In this document: piece by piece, positions 60,465 through 64,000 of the stretch
How the letters are laid out: each line of letters starts with the position of its first letter
How positions within the stretch are numbered: the stretch's first letter is position 1
From: Raja brachyura
Taxonomy: Eukaryota
Length of the DNA: 64,000 nt
Reading direction: 5' to 3'
Assembly: GCA_963514005.1 (NCBI GenBank)
Contig: OY740804.1
Span: forward strand, 41,912,001 to 41,976,000
Position numbers and translations under genes: made by a program
The notes under the pieces: model-generated
What the model saw: the letters and a program-made list of their open reading frames with translations, nothing else
Databases searched by the model: none
Told to the model about the DNA's origin: nothing

Positions 60465-62026
60465 CCCCCTCGACATTGTCCCCTCTGCCCTTCTGAAGGA
60501 TGTAATTACTATAGCCGGTCCCAGCATCCTCGCCATCTTCAACAGTTCTCTGGCCACTGGCACTGTTCCTACCTGCTTCAAGCATGCAGTGGTACAGCCC
60601 CTCCTGAAAAAAACTAAACTCGACCCCACCTTGCCAAGCAACTACAGACCTATTTCAAAACTGCCTTTCCTTTCAAAAGTCCTTGAAAAGGTAATTTTTG
60701 CCTTCCCTTCACCAAAATACTGTCTTGGAAACTGCCATAGAGTCTGCCTTGCTGCAGGTACATAACGATCTACTTCTCACCGTTGACTCCGGCGACTGTG
60801 CATTCCTGCTCCTTCTCGGCCTCAGCGCAGCATTTGATACAGTCGACCACACCATCCTAAATTACTGTCTCCGGTACGGGGTTGGTATTGATGGCACTGC
60901 CCTTAGCTGGTTCATCTCCGACCTCAAAGGTAGGAGTTTCTCTACTAACATAGGCAACTCTTTCTCCTCCCCAGCTAGCCTCTGCTGTGGGGTTCCACAA
61001 GGTTCCATCCTGGGCCTCATTCTCTTCTCCCTGTATATGCTCCCCTTAGGCCAAGTCATTGAAAGGCACGGCAGTTCCTTCCATTGCTTGCAGTCGATAC
61101 ACAACTCTATCTCCCCCTGAAGCCCAACAATCGATCAAATCTACTTAACCTTTTCCACTGCCTCGAGGATATAAAGTGTTGGAAGTGCCCGGAACTTCCT
61201 CCAACTAAACGAGAGTAAGTCTGAGGTCATCCTTCTCGGACTCAATCAAAACCATAGCAGGCAGCCTTGGAAGCCTTACCCCATTACGCAAACCTCACCT
61301 CAAAAACCTTGGCGTGATATTTGACTCAGCATTGAAATTTGACAAACAAGTCAATGCCATGGTAAAAGCTAGCTTCTTCCAGCTTCGGACGATAGCTAAA
61401 ATAAAACAATTCCTCCAGTTTGACGACCTCGAAAAGATCATGCACACATTCATCTCCTCCCGCCTAGATTACTGCAACTCCCTTTACACTGGCATCAGCC
61501 AATCTTCCCGGTCCCGCATGCAACTGGTCCGAAACACTGCAGCGAGACTCATGACGAGCACCAGAAAAAGGGACCACATCACCCCGATCCTGGCCTCTCT
61601 CCACTGGCTCCCTGTGCGGTTTGGAATAAATGTCAAGATCCTCCTTTATGCTTACAAAGCCCTTAGTGGGCTTGCACCCACCTACATCAAAAGTCTGCTC
61701 ACCCACCACACCACCTCCAGGTCCCTCAGATCGGCCGACTTGGGGTTGCTGAACATCCCGCGGTCTAGGCATAAGCTCAGACCGCGCCTTTGTGGTTCAC
61801 AACTGCCCCCTCCATCGACTCCTTTAAATCAAGACTTAAAACTTATCTTTACTCTCAAGCCTTTCTTGACATCCTCTGAGGGAGGGCTATATGTATGTAT
61901 TTATGTATGTACTTAATCTATGAACCACTGTTGTATAACGTTAGTACCTCCACCAATGTAAAGCACTTTGGCCAACGAGAGTTGTTTTTTAAATGTGCTA
62001 TAGAAATAAAAGTGACTTGACTTGAC
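60465..62026 (+). mobile_element. L2 LINE 3' part (host of the ERV; its 5' part lies at ~55790-56114)
   Basis: NYRPISKLPFLSKVLEK, LSAAFDTVDH, GVPQGSILG, SRLDYCNSL, HITPILASLHWLPV; AATAAA-(GACTT)n tail. The frame TCP|LDIVP continues across the ERV. Confidence 0.88.
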
Positions 62027-64000
62027 TCTCTACTAAATATAATGCTAAGATAAACAAATCTCACCTACGTGCAAACGATTCACATCCCGCCACTCTCTGC
62101 ATATCCATATGCCTGTCTAAATCCTTCTGCTGCAATACACAATGTGTTTAAAGCACCTTTCCACTCCATATGCTGCACGACGTCTATAATAATCACACCC
62201 CAAAATGCCACCGGCTCCAAAGCGTCTATACTTATTTCAGACTTCCCCAGGAAATCTCAAAGCACTTGACTTTGTGGTCAAGTTTGTAAATGATATGAAC
62301 ATAGGTAGAGGGACAGGTAGTGTAGAGGAAGCAGGAGCCTGCAGATGAACTGGACAGGTTGGCAGAATGGGCCACAGGATATGGAAAATGTTGAGCCGTG
62401 TTTGGGCCCATATCTGTGGAGGGATAAGCTAGCCTTGGAGAGGGATCCGATAAGGCTTAGAATAATGATCCGGGGTGATTGGGGTAACCTATGATGACCG
62501 TTTGACAGCGCTAGGCCTATGCACACTGGACTTTAAAAGGATATGGTGAGACCTTATTGCGACTGATTGAAGATTGAAAGGCCCGAGGAGGGTTGATGTG
62601 GAGACGATGTTTCCACTTGTTGGAAAGTCTAGGACAAGAGAGCACAGCCTCAGTGTAAAAGTACATAGACTTAGAAAGGAAAGGAGGAATGTCTTTAGTC
62701 AGGGGTGAATCTGTGGAATTCATTGCCACGGGCAGCCGTGGAGGCCAAGTTATATGGCTATGTTTTAAAGCGGAGATTGGCAGATTTCTGTTTAGTTAGG
62801 GAGTCAAGGGCTTTGGCAGAAAGGCAGCAGAATGGGTATGAGAGAGAACGCTAGATCAGCGGCGATTGAATGGCAGAGTAGACTCGACGGGCTGAATGAT
62901 ATAATTATGCTGCTATGATTCATGAATATCTGAACTTATGAAAGTACGCTGAAACAACAGAGAAAATGCAGTTTTCACCTGGACCCAATGACTTGAATGT
63001 GAGTGTTAGAAATAAGTAGATGTAGACAAAGAGAGAGTATGGATTATAATATATTAGAAAATGACGTAACAATGTGGGAAAACTCTAACTGAGTTAACTG
63101 CAAAAGTGACCGCGATTAAGAAGGAAGAGAGCCAGAAATGAGCACGAAAAACATCAAATAGTCGAACATCTATCAGAGGGGAGATATTGAATTAAGAAGA
63201 TAATATCCGGGTGCTTAGAGTTCATAAGCGCTTCGAACAGATTGTTCATCATTTTTAGAAAAAGCAACGTTATTTGACAAAGTTGTTGTAAGTCTTTGAA
63301 GATGGAGTCTATGTCCTGGTTTGTTTTTGGATGAGGTTCTTGCATAGATCAGTGATGGTATGTCAATTGTTTACAATGCATATTAGTAACTTCAATAAAT
63401 GCACCGTTTACCGTGTTTAGGCCTTTGGACGGCACAAATAGTGTTCCAGTGAGAAGTGTCAGGCTAACACACAAACCTGCAGTGTGATGTGTACAAAGTG
63501 TACCAAATTGGCAGATACTTTATGAAACATTGCGGACATCATATTTGAAATGAAGAAGGAAAGCAAGTACTGACAATATTATTTAAGTGGGGTGGACCTT
63601 CAAACGTTTGTGGCGCATACATTTCTGAGCAACCAGATTATGACACACAAAATATTAACCGGAGGTGCAGCAGCCGTCTTGGGAGGCTAATGGAATGAAG
63701 CGTGTATTGAAGTGGGATAAATAAGTAGTTTGTGGTACCTGCTGAGATTATCTCCTCCATTAACTGGTGAATAGAGGTGGAGACCGGATAAAGCCTGCGA
63801 TGTGATGAGTGGAGGAAATGTATAGGGAGGATCTGTAATTGATGGTTTACAAAGAAGATAGACAAAATGGCGGAGTAACTCGGAGGCTCAGGTAGCATCT
63901 CCGGCGAAAAGGAATCGGTGACTATCAGCTCCAGACCCTTCTTCTTCAGACTGAGAGTCAGAGGAGAGGGGCAATAGTAGACATACTAATATTGGATAAT

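Noticed and set aside
62930-63850. Apparently unique sequence near the window end
   Set aside because: No convincing ORF, splice pattern, Ig motif or RSS could be supported.

Overview
Repeat-rich vertebrate genomic DNA, most likely a cartilaginous fish (skate/ray). This is inferred from the IgM sequence and the CR1/HE1-type repeats. There are three assembly gaps. The only host gene found is a complete immunoglobulin mu heavy-chain cluster on the minus strand (40093->28563): leader, one already-joined in-frame VDJ exon with no RSS, CH1-CH4 with secretory tail, TM1 and TM2. All splice sites are GT-AG and the frame is open (568 aa secreted, 593 aa membrane form). It is a germline-joined, pre-assembled antibody gene with several unusual substitutions: VH Trp41->Leu, Gly44->Glu, no CH1 Y-x-P motif, no CH2/CH3 inter-chain Cys, and a Pro in the TM segment. 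The rest is nested transposable elements: head-to-tail Helitron-like units, Penelope-like elements (one with a hammerhead ribozyme core), three DIRS1-type elements, a hAT transposon without TSD, a Passport-like Tc1, many CR1, Rex1-like and L2 LINEs, tRNA-derived SINEs, and an internally deleted endogenous retrovirus with both LTRs.
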